DNA of 64,000 bases from Hyaloraphidium curvatum SAG 235-1 (Eukaryota > Fungi > Monoblepharomycota), in NCBI GenBank assembly GCA_025558095.1, contig JAIVFI010000014.1, positions 558,001 to 622,000 on the forward strand. Direction: 5' to 3'. The notes beneath the pieces were generated by a model. It ran no database searches, had not been told where the DNA came from, and worked only from the letters and a program-made list of their open reading frames with translations. Of this stretch, positions 11,838 to 24,869 are shown piece after piece. A program made the translations under genes and the position numbers. The number at the start of each line of letters is the position of its first letter. Within the stretch, counting starts at the first letter, position 1.

Positions 11838-14800
11838 ATGAAGCCGCGGACGTCTTTCCTGAACACTCTGGCGGGCTTTCTTCCCGGACGACGAAGGATT
11901 TTCCGCCTCTCCACACTCATCCCTCTCATCTCCGTACTCTACATCTTCTCCAACCTTTCGGCCATCACTCCGAATACCGGAGCGGTCGCATGGATTTCCT
12001 GGCCGGGACAGTGCTTGCAGGCGCTTTTGTGTCTCCATGGGCGAGACAGGCCGCCGTGCGGCGAGGACCCCGCTCTGAAACGGACATTGATAGCGGACAT
12101 CGACGGCAACGTCGCCGGGGGGCTTTCTGCGGAGCCTGCAGAAGAAGCGGGCGAGCCTGTGCTCGCGGACTTGAGTCCCAAAGCGGCACAATCCGAGTCT
12201 GATGTCATCCTCGACATCCTCGGGCCGGCGAACTACGACGAGAACACCCCGACGCCTTCGGAGCCTCTGAAAGTCTGCTTGCTCAATGCGGACACGTACG
12301 GAATCAAAGGCATGGGAGGCACAGCGACTGCTTACTGGCTGCTGGCCAAGACCATCGCCATGCACACCGAGAAGGGGAAGAAGCCCTTTCGCGTGCGGGT
12401 TCTCGCCCCTTCGGCCCCGAGCCTCCAAGAATGCCAGGCGTTGGAGAAGCTTTACACCTCCAACGGGCTCGAGCTGATCTGCATCGATCCGAAAGGGCAC
12501 GACCAGAAGTTCAAGTGGACCTTCTACATGCCGTACCTGACGCAGGGTGCGGCCACGCTCGAATGGTTCCGGCAGAGTTCGAACCGCGAGTGCGACGTCA
12601 TGCACGTCCACGAGTGGGGAGGCTTGGCAGCTCCGATCCTGCAGGCGCGCCTGATCAAGGATCCCAAACTGGACGCCCGACTCCCTCAGTACATTGCCGT
12701 CGAGAGTCACGGCGGACACATGTGGTCCGGGTTGTCTCACTCGCCACGGCGTCCGGCCGATCTGATCGCCCTGGAGGTCGACTACCACGAGAAGTTCACG
12801 CTCGAGCAATCCGATACCACCTTGAGTCCTAGTCGGTACATGCTGAGGTTGGTTTGCTTTTTCTCGCGACTTTTCCGGGTTCTCATTGCGCTCGCGCCTG
12901 CGATCCAGGTACTTCCATGAGCGTGGTTGGCGCCCTACGAACGCAGGCTCCATCCCAAACATCCTCGACCTGGCCGGCCTCCCTCCTTCGGCCATGGTCA
13001 TCACCAACTCGACGTACAAACCTCCGAATCGCATCGTCTTCTTTTCCCGCTTGGAGGACCGGAAGGGGCTTCACGTGTTCGCCCGCGCCATCGATCTGGT
13101 GGCCAACGCGACCTCTGCACCCCTGACGATTGATTTCATGGGCAAGGAAGGCCTGGTTGAGCGTATGAAGGCGCTGACGTACCTTCGGAGCCACCACCTC
13201 AAGTACTGGCCCAAGACTTGGACGATCCGCATCATGACCGAATTGCCGCGGAACGAGGCCCTCGAGAAGCTGACGGCAGACAAGGACAAGACCCTCGTCA
13301 TCCTGCCCTCGCTCGTCGAAAACATGCCCTACGTAGTGGCCGAGTGCGCGATGCTGGGTATGCAGACGGTCATGTTCGACGTCGGTGGCATCAGGGAGAT
13401 GCTCAGCAGCGGTACCGTCGTGCGGAACAGGGACGCGCGGGAGCTCGGCATGACGATCTGGAACATCGTCAATGGCCAGCAGCGCGCCGAGCGGCCTATT
13501 CTGGCCAACAGCGTCACGCAGTCCGACAAGATCTGGATCGAGTGGCACACGCGCGTCTGGAAGACCGGAAAGCTGCCGCGCGTCGACGGACATGCCTGGA
13601 AGCCGCGTCGTCCGGATCCCGTGCCCCATTCGCACGAGCGGCCTATGGACTGCGTCATCGACGGCATCATCGACTGCCCGAGGATCAGCTGGATCGACCC
13701 CAAGGACTACAAAGATGCCTTCGAGATGCACCGCAAAGTCTGCGCGCCCGAGACGGAGGGCGCCCACGGCTTCCTGATCAAGCCTGCCCGGTTCCGCTTC
13801 CTGGGCGGGGACATCAAGCTGCTAATGACCCTGGCCAAACCCCTCTTCAACGACACGCGGATGGTAGCCATCACGGCTGGCCTCCGTGCCGGTACGAGGG
13901 AGTCGGACGCCATTGCGCTGCCTCACGGGCCGTTCTACTACGCGCGGATGACTTGGAAGCGCTGCATAGCGGACTACCCTGTCCTGGTGAAGCGCGGCGC
14001 TTTCTGCCAGGACTTCAGCTCGGAGGCGAGGTCCTTCAGGGACTACCAGGCCTGGTTGCTGATGACGATCCTGGAACAAAGCGGGTTCTCGGTCGGGACG
14101 CTACCGCAACCAATCTTCGAGATCGTCGGGGGCCACGGCGATCACGACGGCATTTACGACGTCTGCAACGAGGAATCGGATCCCGTGCTGCGCCTCGCCC
14201 AGAGCGGTGAGCCCATCGTCATGGACCTCAAGAACGAGGCTGCGGTCGGGCGAATCCGCGAGTACGTCGTGACGACGCCGGCCAAGGGCCAGGAGAAGGT
14301 CATTGCGGACAGCCTGAACGACTTCAGCGCGCTTCAGGGCCAGAACGGATGGAACTTCCTGTTCCGCACCGTTCCCTTGGGGGGCCAGAAGGATCCCAAG
14401 GTGCCCATGAATGAGCTGATGTTCAACCCGAAGCAGAACACCTGGATGTGCCCGCCGGCAAAGGCCGGGGAGGACTCGGTCTGGTTCGGGTTCCCCTACG
14501 TCAAGGCGCACGGGTTCCACCCATGCGCCGCGGCCAAGGGCGAAAAATGCTGCGACGGCAAGGACGCCAACTCGGTCATCATGCGGTGGACGAGCTACAT
14601 GCACGTCGAGATCGCCGCGATCCGGGTTTCGTTCCACCTGATGGGCAAGTGCGGCGACGGCGTGGTGATCGAGGTGCGGTCGACGGCGGGGCGGACGCAG
14701 ACGGACAGGCAGACCAAGATCCTGGAGACGATCAAGTTCGATCGCGACGTGGACGGCGAGGTCACGATCACAAACCCCATGGAGGCGACCTACGAGCTCG

Positions 14801-14972
14801 GCCGCATCCTCCCCGGAGACACGGTGGAGGTCGAGCTCAGCCCCAACTCCAGCATGGACTGCGACTTTATGAGCTCCAGGGTCCAGGTGCGTGGGGCCGC
14901 GTGGCCTTGGCTTGCTTTCTCTCACCGCTACTTCTTATTCAGATCGTCGAGGTCCCGCTGGACTTGTCCTGA
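11838..14972 (+). CDS. Large GT4 (GT-B) glycosyltransferase with N-terminal anchor and extra C-terminal domains
   Basis: GGTATAY, DVMHVHEWGG, SPSRYML, FFSRLEDRKG, LPSLVENMPYVVAE, DVGGIREM; introns ~12848-12908 and 14887-14942. Confidence 0.85.
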
Positions 14973-15141
14973 TGTTGTGATTCTCTGTGTCGCGGCTCTC
15001 CTCTCATTCTTTCTTGAGACATGGTTGTAGCGGCAGATAGAGCAGTTTTCTCTGGGATCGGTTGCGATCGTTGGCTTGTCTGCACTGGCGGGCTGGGCGG
15101 GAAGGACGCTGACGTCGGTCCCCGCCCAACCGTCCGTCAAC

Positions 15142-16329
15142 ATGCACCGCGCCGTCCGGGCCCCGAGCCCGACGCCGGCCAGCGACTACGACGGCGACAA
15201 GAGCCCGTACAAGAACGGCGACGTCGGGCTGCTGAACGCGCTGCTGCCGAAGGCGCCGAAGCCGCGCGGCGCGCCGCAGTGGACGGTGCTGGGCACGCTC
15301 GCGGCGCTCGCAAACGCCGCCTTCTTTGCATTCAACGCCTTCTCGCTGCTGGCGGGGCCGCCGCAGCCGCCGCAGCTGGCGGTCTCCGTCGGGGACGGCG
15401 GCGCGCACGTCGCCCGCGCCCCGGTCGCCGTCGCCGTCGCCAACGCGTCCGCCCCGCACCGCATGCTGGTGCTATCGCGCTACCGCGAGGACACGACGTT
15501 TGTGGACCTGTACCTGCGCGACGTGCCGCACGTGGTGTACCAGGGCGGCAACCCGGCCGCCGCACACCCCGTGATCCCGGACGCCGGCCTGGAGGCGCTC
15601 GCGTACCTGCGCTACATCTGCGACAACTACGCCAACCTGCCCGAGAGGATTGCGTTCATACACGCGCACAGGTACTCGCGGCACTACGACGACATTGTGC
15701 CGCTGCTCCAGTACCTGCGCTGGGACGCCTTCCCGTTCTTCAACCTGAACGTGCGCTTCATGGTGCAGCGCTTTATCCGCGCGGACATTGAGCGCGCCGA
15801 GGCCGAATGGAAGGCCCAGTCGAGCGGCGCCAAGGGTGCCTCGGTCCTGGAGGACCAGGCGTGGCAGAAGAAGAACCACGTGCTGGCGCAGGGCGCCTTT
15901 ATCATGGACTTTTGGCGGCGCTTCATCACGCCTTATTCCGGTGTTCCCTTCCCGGACGTTGTGTCGAGCCCGTGCTGCGCTTCCTTTGTCGTGTCGCGGG
16001 AACGCATCCTCAAGCACCCGCTCAAGCTGTACCAGACGATTGCGGACTGGCTGGTGAGCATGGAGCTCCCCTCGCACTGGTCCGCGAGGGTGCTCGAGTA
16101 CACATGGCACGTGCTCTGGTCCGACGGGCCCGTGGAGAAGCAGAAGCACATCTGCCAGATTACGGACGGCCTGTGCTCGGTGGACGCAAAGGGCCGGCCC
16201 AAGGCGCCGCTCATCGTTTCGCCGACGGCCGTGGACATGCCGCCGTCACTCGAGTCGGTGGACGACGCAAAAGAGTGGAAGAGGCTGTGGAAGGAGGATC
16301 GGCACAAGAGGGGTTGGAGGGCGCCGTGA
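15142..16329 (+). CDS. DUF3431 protein (putative glycosyltransferase-like, type II membrane), intronless
   Basis: VLSRYRED, GLEALAYLRYICDNYANLP, FIHAH, PCCASFVVSRERI, RVLEYTWH. Confidence 0.9.
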   Translation: MHRAVRAPSPTPASDYDGDKSPYKNGDVGLLNALLPKAPKPRGAPQWTVLGTLAALANAAFFAFNAFSLLAGPPQPPQLAVSVGDGGAHVARAPVAVAVANASAPHRMLVLSRYREDTTFVDLYLRDVPHVVYQGGNPAAAHPVIPDAGLEALAYLRYICDNYANLPERIAFIHAHRYSRHYDDIVPLLQYLRWDAFPFFNLNVRFMVQRFIRADIERAEAEWKAQSSGAKGASVLEDQAWQKKNHVLAQGAFIMDFWRRFITPYSGVPFPDVVSSPCCASFVVSRERILKHPLKLYQTIADWLVSMELPSHWSARVLEYTWHVLWSDGPVEKQKHICQITDGLCSVDAKGRPKAPLIVSPTAVDMPPSLESVDDAKEWKRLWKEDRHKRGWRAP

Positions 16330-16584
16330 GGCCCGGCATCCCCAGCAGCCATGTCGTGATGTTTCGCCGACGCTAGCGTGACATAGATTCGATGCCAGCA
16401 ACATGGGGCCATTCGTCCGCTGCTCGAGGATTCAGCTGCTGAAATGAGATGGGAATCGTTCGATTGATAGTCAACTACAATGACGGAAACCCCTCGAATA
16501 GGGGATAGACAGGGTATGGTTCTCGGGTGTCCTCGGTATCTACAACTCGTTGCGAGAGGCGCAGGAAGCAACGCTCGTCACGTG

Positions 16585-17521
16585 TCATGCGGGTTCGCCA
16601 GCCTGCTCCACGGCCTCGGGTATCGCAAAGCCGTCCGCCGTGGCATAGAGGATGGCTTCCATCTCCTTGAGCATGTCCTTCAAGTCCTCTGAGTGGGCGG
16701 CATCGGCCTGTTCCGCCGGAGACAAGGAGAAGCGACAGTGAGATCTCGGAAGTCAAGCTCAAGCAACATGGTGACGCCAACCTGGAGCTTGCTCTGCATC
16801 AGCACTTCGAGCTCTCGCAGCTTGCCGAAGTAGAAATCCCGCTCGACGATGGCAGCGTCCACCATTTCCTTGAAGGCCGCAAGGTCTTCCTCCAGCTTCG
16901 CGACCCTGTCATCCTTTCCCTTGCCAAGCGCCGGCGCCTTCCTCGCGGGCGGAGGTCGCGGTGCCGGTGGAGGTTGGGCCGCCGGCTCGCTGACCGCCGT
17001 GTTGACACTGGCGGAAGACGAAGGCCGAGCAAGTGCCGGCGCCTCGCCCCTGCGCCCCAAGGCGTCGTAATGCTTGCCTTCCGGGTATCGGGAAACCCAG
17101 AACTTCCGAAGGAATTGGAGGAACTCGAGGTTGGGAGCCATCGACATCTTTGCCTGGAATCGGACAGTTCAGTTCCCATCCCGGTCTTCCGGACGCGCTC
17201 GCACTGACCAGACGCTGGACGGGAATGGGCTTGTCAATCTTGTGCCTCGCGAAAGCGTCCTGCAGCACCCGGAAGTTGGCTAGGTTGTCCACCTCGTTCC
17301 TCGCGTCCCATTTCAGCTTCTGCGGCCGGGGTTGGTTCCTGCGGCGCGACGGCACGGGTGCAGCCCACCTTGAGGGGCAGGTCCTCGAATATCGAGTCAA
17401 GAAGGATGGCGTAGGCGACTCCATTTCCCAAATCCTCTATCCGGTCGACTGCAAGAGCGCAGGTCTCGTTTACCCAGGCGAGGAGCTCGGAGCGGGAGAG
17501 GTTCTCCGAGGACGACGCCAT
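16585..17521 (-). CDS. BIM1: Microtubule plus-end binding protein EB1/Bim1/Mal3
   Basis: SRSELLAWVN, IEDLGNGVAY, NFRVLQDAF, NLEFLQFL (CH domain); ERDFYFGKLRELEVL, ILYAT (EBH domain); three introns. Confidence 0.93.
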
Positions 17522-18559
17522 TGCGCCGCGAAAAGAAGGAGCACGCGCAAGAACAAAGAGAAGCTCCGAACGGAGCAAGTAGGCCGGGGAAGCCGGGGAT
17601 CCCGGGGACAGCGTGCAGCAAGAAGGGCAGCCGCAGGATGGCCAGCCGCAGCCGCCACGGTGCCGGTCGACGCCCCGAATCACGACGGCACACGCGACGA
17701 TCCCTGCCTGTCGACCACATGGAGGGACATCAAAAATCAATCTATGTCGAGCATAGTGCCAGTTAAAGGAGGCTATCCGGCTTTACCGAACTCCAAGTCG
17801 CCGTTGGACCGGCACCAGGCACCCTATCCCGTCGCCGCGAAACAACCCTCCATGCCATATCAGTGCTGCCCACTGGGGTCCCATGCCCTCTCCATAGTCC
17901 ATGGAATAGACGCCATGTCGTCTCCGTTCAGGCTTGCTCAGGAGAATGTCGGCAAACGCACCCGAAACACCTTTCCAACACTGCCTGCCGAGTCCGTGTC
18001 CGAAAGCTCCCGCTTTCGCAAGCATTCGACACCATGCAGCTCATTTTGCCTCCCGGAAGTCGTCCGCCTTGTCCTTGCTGCCGACCCCAACGGCTGTCAC
18101 CGCCCGGCCGACAGTCTTGGCTACCCCGGAGACACCGTCCATGACAACCGCCCACCCGCCGGTCCGAATGGGTGGTAAGTGGGTGTCATTTGCGGCCTCG
18201 AGGTCTGAGCACGCGAAACACAGCAGAGGGCCGTCAATGGCTGTTGACGCAGCGCGGGGAGCGCACGCAACGCACCGGGTTCCCGCACTTCGCGCGAGCC
18301 TTTGGGGCGGGTGGGCACCGGCATTGTCCTGCTCCGCGAGGGCTTGCTCAATGCATGGGCATGCGGAATGGGTCCGTGCGGCGTTCGCACGACGGTCCTC
18401 CGAAAAGTTGAAAGCGCCGAAAACGGGAACTCACCAGCCCCACTCCAAACAGCGTTGCGTTTCGGAGATCGCCGCGGAGCTTGCAATTCCAAGCTCGTCC
18501 GCGTGGCTTCGGGAGCAGGATCCTCGTCGCATTCTCCCTGCCCTCTACACTTCCAAACC

Positions 18560-19261
18560 ATGCCCCGATCCGGCTCCGCCGACGCCCTCCTCGCGATCCG
18601 GGGCGGCACGCTCCTCCCGCCCGCCCGGTCCGAGCGGCACTTCCAGATCCCGCACCGCGCCAGGTCCGCGCTGCGCGGAGCGCAGGCAATGCTCGGGATG
18701 TTCCTGCTGTTCCTCCTCGGGCTGCAGGACGCCAAGCTGCTCGAAGACCGGACGGGCGCCGCGGGCCGCGCGGCGTGGTTCGCGGTCGGGTGGTCGCTGG
18801 CGGTCGTGTGCTGGGGCGCGATGCTGTATCTGTTCCCGCTGTAAGCTGCCGCCGCATGCCGGGCGCATGTACCGCCAGAACTCACCGGCACCCCCGCCGG
18901 CGCAGCTGCATGAAGTGGCCGTCGGTGCGCGTGCTGGTCGTCGAGATGCTCGCCGACGCGAGCGCGCTGCTGATCCTGGGGACCAACGGGTTCGCGCTGC
19001 TGAGCGGGATGGGCGACGCGTGTCCGATTCTCAAGTCGGCCGCGTGCGACAGGTGGGCTTCCGGTGTCGCTCCGGAGGCGGCCCGCGCTGACAGGCCGGG
19101 GCAGGTACAACGCGTTCATGGCCTTCTTGGGCATTGATTCCATCGTCTGGCTCGCGGCAATAGTCAACTCGGCGTGGAACCTGTACCGAGGTCTGAGGCC
19201 AAAGGGGCTCGACGCGTACGAAGAGGACGCGCTGCTCCGGCAGGCGATGCGGAGAAAATAA
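18560..19261 (+). CDS. Four-TM MARVEL-like membrane protein
   Basis: Three exons give four hydrophobic helices with a Cys-containing loop (ACPILKSAACDRYNAFMAF). Confidence 0.6.
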
Positions 19262-19369
19262 AGCCGTCTGGTTCCAGAGGAGAAGTATGGAATACGAGTT
19301 GACTCCAAAGAGAACCCTTCAGAACACGAGGTGGCGGTTCATAGAGTTCTTCAGGAGAAGTTGACCGCA

Positions 19370-19936
19370 CTAGAGGCGAAGCTTCATGAAGAGGGCCACT
19401 TCCTGCTTGTCAAAATCGTCGTTGCTGTAGAAGGACATGTCGAACTTCTCGATGGTAAACCCCATCGCCCGATACGCCCTAATTGCAGGCACATTTCGGT
19501 TGGCCGTCTCGACCTCGATTACGCGGAACGACCTCTTGCGGGCCTCGTCGGCCAGCGTGGCCATCATGAGCTTCCCGACGCCCCTGCCGCGGTGCCCCTC
19601 GGCGACGTGGAATTCCCAGAGATTTACGGTGCCGTTCCAGGGCGTCGTCCCGGCGATGACCAGCCCAATCGTCGCTTCCCCGTCCTTCGCCAGGAAGCAG
19701 AGCCCGCCGGGCCGCACCAGAGACCCGTAGAAGTTGACGAGCTCGCTGCGGTGTTCCCATCGCTTCACGAAGGGTTCGGGCAGCTTCTCCAGTTCGAAGC
19801 GGAACGTCGTAAGCGCGTCCGCCTCTTCCCTGGTGAGCCTGAGCAGTTCATTCGACACATAGCCCACAGAAAGCGAAAGGAAGATGTCTCTGGAGAAGGA
19901 TTCCCAAGGGACGACAGTGATTTCGCCCGATGCCAT
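19370..19936 (-). CDS. GNAT acetyltransferase, streptothricin/nourseothricin acetyltransferase (Nat1/Sat)-like, intronless
   Basis: WNGTVNLWEFHVAEGHRGRGVG, ETANRNVPAIRAYRAMGF, FDMSFY..EVALFM. Confidence 0.85.
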   Translation of the reverse strand: MASGEITVVPWESFSRDIFLSLSVGYVSNELLRLTREEADALTTFRFELEKLPEPFVKRWEHRSELVNFYGSLVRPGGLCFLAKDGEATIGLVIAGTTPWNGTVNLWEFHVAEGHRGRGVGKLMMATLADEARKRSFRVIEVETANRNVPAIRAYRAMGFTIEKFDMSFYSNDDFDKQEVALFMKLRL

Positions 19937-20070
19937 GCGGTTCGCGGTTGGTGTCGGAAAAAAAGTCGTTCCGATCCGACCGGCCCAGCTCTTTGGGTGG
20001 CGGGCTGGCACGGACTCCGTGTCCCGCATCGGAGAGCCCCACGAGCGGCCGCCCTCGGACCATCGTCGCG

Positions 20071-22686
20071 ATGTCCGACTACGCGGACGACGTGGCCACC
20101 AACGGCCATTACAACGCGTCGCCGGAGAAGAACGGCGAGAAGCGGCGCCGCGTGACGCAAGGTGGGCTTCGCGGCGTCCCCCGCCGGCCCCGCTGACTCC
20201 CGCGGCCATCCCGCCCCGCCTGCCCGCGCGGCCGACGCAGCATGTGAGCATTGTTTGTTTGCTCCGTGCTGCCGCGGTTCTGACAGTCCCCGCCCCCGGC
20301 CGCCCCGCCGTCCCCCGCCGCAGGCGACCTGTGCTCGGAGCAGCGCGCAAAGTGTGACTCGATGAAGCCGTGCGCGCGCTGCGAGAAGCGCGGCACCGAG
20401 TGCACCTATCTGCGGCAGCCGAAGCGCCGCGGCCCGCCGAAGGGCACCGCAAACAGCATGCGCGAGCGGCTCTCGCGGCTGGAGCAGATTTACGGCGCCG
20501 TCAAGGCTGAGGAGATGCTGATGATGGCCGGCGTCGGCGTCCAGCTGTCGCAGCCGTCGCATATGATGAACGGCGGCCGCGCCCCGTACCGCGGCGTGTC
20601 CGTGGCGGCGTCCGCCGCGGACTCCGTGTCGGGCGACGAGGACGGGATCCGCAGCCCGGACAACTACGGCTCGCCGGCGCCGTACGTTCGTGACATCAAG
20701 CCCTCCGCTGCGGCCCTTGCGGCGGCGAGCGGCGATCCCGCCAGCCGCATGTCGATCGGGTCGCTGCTGGCCCAGCACAGCGCCAACGCCAACGGCCTGG
20801 TCACCTCGCCGCCGGCAAAGCCCAGCTCCTCCGCAACGCCCCCGCTCTTCCTCATGACCTCGGACAGCTCGCTGTCACTCATGCTGCCGCCCGAGGTCTT
20901 TGCCTCGGTCATGGACACCTACTTCACCTCCATCTTCCCCACGATCCCCATCATCCACCGCTACTCGCTCGAGCGCAACCCGCACTTTTACCCGCCCGCC
21001 CTCCTCTTTGCCGTCATGGCCGTTTCCGTGCGGTTCAACAACCACGCCTTTTTCGACACCCCGGCGGTCAGGGAGCAGTGGGCCGAGTGCCTGTTCCAGC
21101 AGGCCCACAAGCTGCTGCAGCCCCTGATCCTGGATCCCAAGCGCGTGCACTACCACCACGTCATCGCGCTGCTGCACGTGGTCAACTACTTCTTCCACAT
21201 GAAGGTTCGCGGCCGTCGTGCAGGCCCTGGCGAACCCCTCTGATCTGGATTCGCCAGACGGCGCTCCTTATTTCGACGCGCGGAACGAGCCTCGTTTTCG
21301 TGCTGCTTCGCGAACTGAGGCTGGATGAGGAGACGATCGCGCAGTGCCCCTTGCCTCGCTGGGTCCAGTACGAGGGTGAGATCACTTGCTTGCTTGCCAG
21401 AGTGCTGCTCACCTCGCGCCCTCAGAGTTCCGCAGGCTTCGCTGGAACATGTACTTTCATGACCGCGTGCTGACCTACGGCGCCGGCGCCGGCATCCGGC
21501 CCTTCGCTCTCGCTCGCAGCTCGCTCATCAACATGCGGTTCCCCGTGGTAGGTTGCTCGCCCGTCGTGCCTGGCCTGTGCCTGACGGCCCGACAGAACGA
21601 CAACCTCTGGCTCAACGGCGACACCACGGAGCCGGTCGCCACGTCGGCACCGATCACGTTGTCCATCTTCGAGCGCGACCTCTCGTCCTACGCCATCTTC
21701 ATGAGCGAGCTGGCACCCCTGTCGCGGATGATCATCCTTTTCTCTATTTTTGTGGGTGCTTCTCCTCCCTTGGCCCGCCAACGTTGTGCTGATTCTTTTT
21801 CCGGCGAACAGGAAAAGATCGTCTGCAACCTCAACGGTCTTCCCGGAGCCGAGTCCAAGGAGACCATCGCGCAGATGCTCGCGACGTGGTACGAGTGCCA
21901 GCCGCCGGAGGACAAGTTGCTCTCGTCGACGTCGGAGCCGTCGTACGGTCTGATCTACCTCATGATCGTTTACGTGGGTTGCCAGCAACACGGAGCAAAA
22001 CTCTTGTCACTGACGACTTGCCCATGATCAGCACACAATGGTGGTCATCATCCACTCGCCTTCCAACCTCGACGACATGTGGGCGGACGAATCGTGGCTC
22101 CTCTCGCAGGATTTCCTGGTCGCCGCCGAGCACGCGGGCCTGTGCACCAACTACCTCGAGGCCAACCCGCGCGCGCTCCAGTTCGCGCCGTACCTGGTCA
22201 AGATCTTCGTGCAGCGGGTTTTCTGCATGCACCTCATGCTGGCCCAGAAGCTGGCGCACGAGCAGACCTTCCAGGAGGACCTGAAGCGCAAGGTGAAGCT
22301 GCACATCCAGGCACTCGCCGTCATGGGGCGGACCGACAAGGTGGGCACGATCCTTTGGCCGGGGTGGAATGAAGCACCGTGCTGATGGGGACCGCAGATG
22401 TCGGCGATCACGGCCAAGCTGCTCGCGGTCACGGCCGAGGGCTCCCTGGGTCAGCTGCAGGGATCCGTCGGCGAGGTGTTCGCTGCCGCCGGGTTCACGC
22501 CGGAGGAGATGGCCATCATGGCCGACATCAACAAGGACTGGATTTCCGAGGTGGGGCGCGTCGCGCTCGATACGTGGCGGCACGCTGACGTTCGCTGCAG
22601 CGCGCGGGATTCCTGTCGCAAATGAGGTCGTTGATGCAGCGCAGCGTTGGGGTCAAGCCTCAGGAGTCCCCGCAGCCGGATCCTGA
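20071..22686 (+). CDS. Zn(II)2Cys6 transcription factor with fungal-specific TF domain
   Basis: Spliced KRRRVTQACDLCSEQRAKCDSMKPCARCEKRGTECTY; YFTSIFPTIPIIH, EFRRLRW; many introns. Confidence 0.9.
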
Positions 22687-22865
22687 GCTGTGATTTTGGG
22701 GTTCGCTACCGTTTGGTCTACATCTAGGTGCTCTGGGCGCGGGCATGGAAAAAGAGTTTTGGAATGTCTCGGGTCTTTTGCGGCGGCTACATCAAAGATG
22801 CGCCCCTGGGCCATCGCTGACGGGAGGCGTCAACTCCCGTCGATGGCGAGGCAGGGGGCTTTTTC

Positions 22866-24633
<1,768 letters not shown>

Positions 24634-24869
24634 CGTGTTGCACAAATGGGGATCAGCAGTCAACGGTCTGGAGTTGCGCGAGCTGACCAGTTGGTGGCGG
24701 CCCGACCGCGTCGATCAATCGACGAGCCGACCCGCGCACAGCCTCACGACCTGTTGATTCGGGGCTTGATCTGGTACCGTGATGAACGAAAAAAAGCAAA
24801 AGAACATCGTAACCTTGCTAGAGACCACGTGCCGCGCCCACGGCGGCCCAAAGACCGGCTCCTCCCCCG

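Noticed and set aside
17522-18559. ORFs 17033-18178 and 17934-19091
   Set aside because: No motifs; they overlap UTR/promoter space of divergent genes
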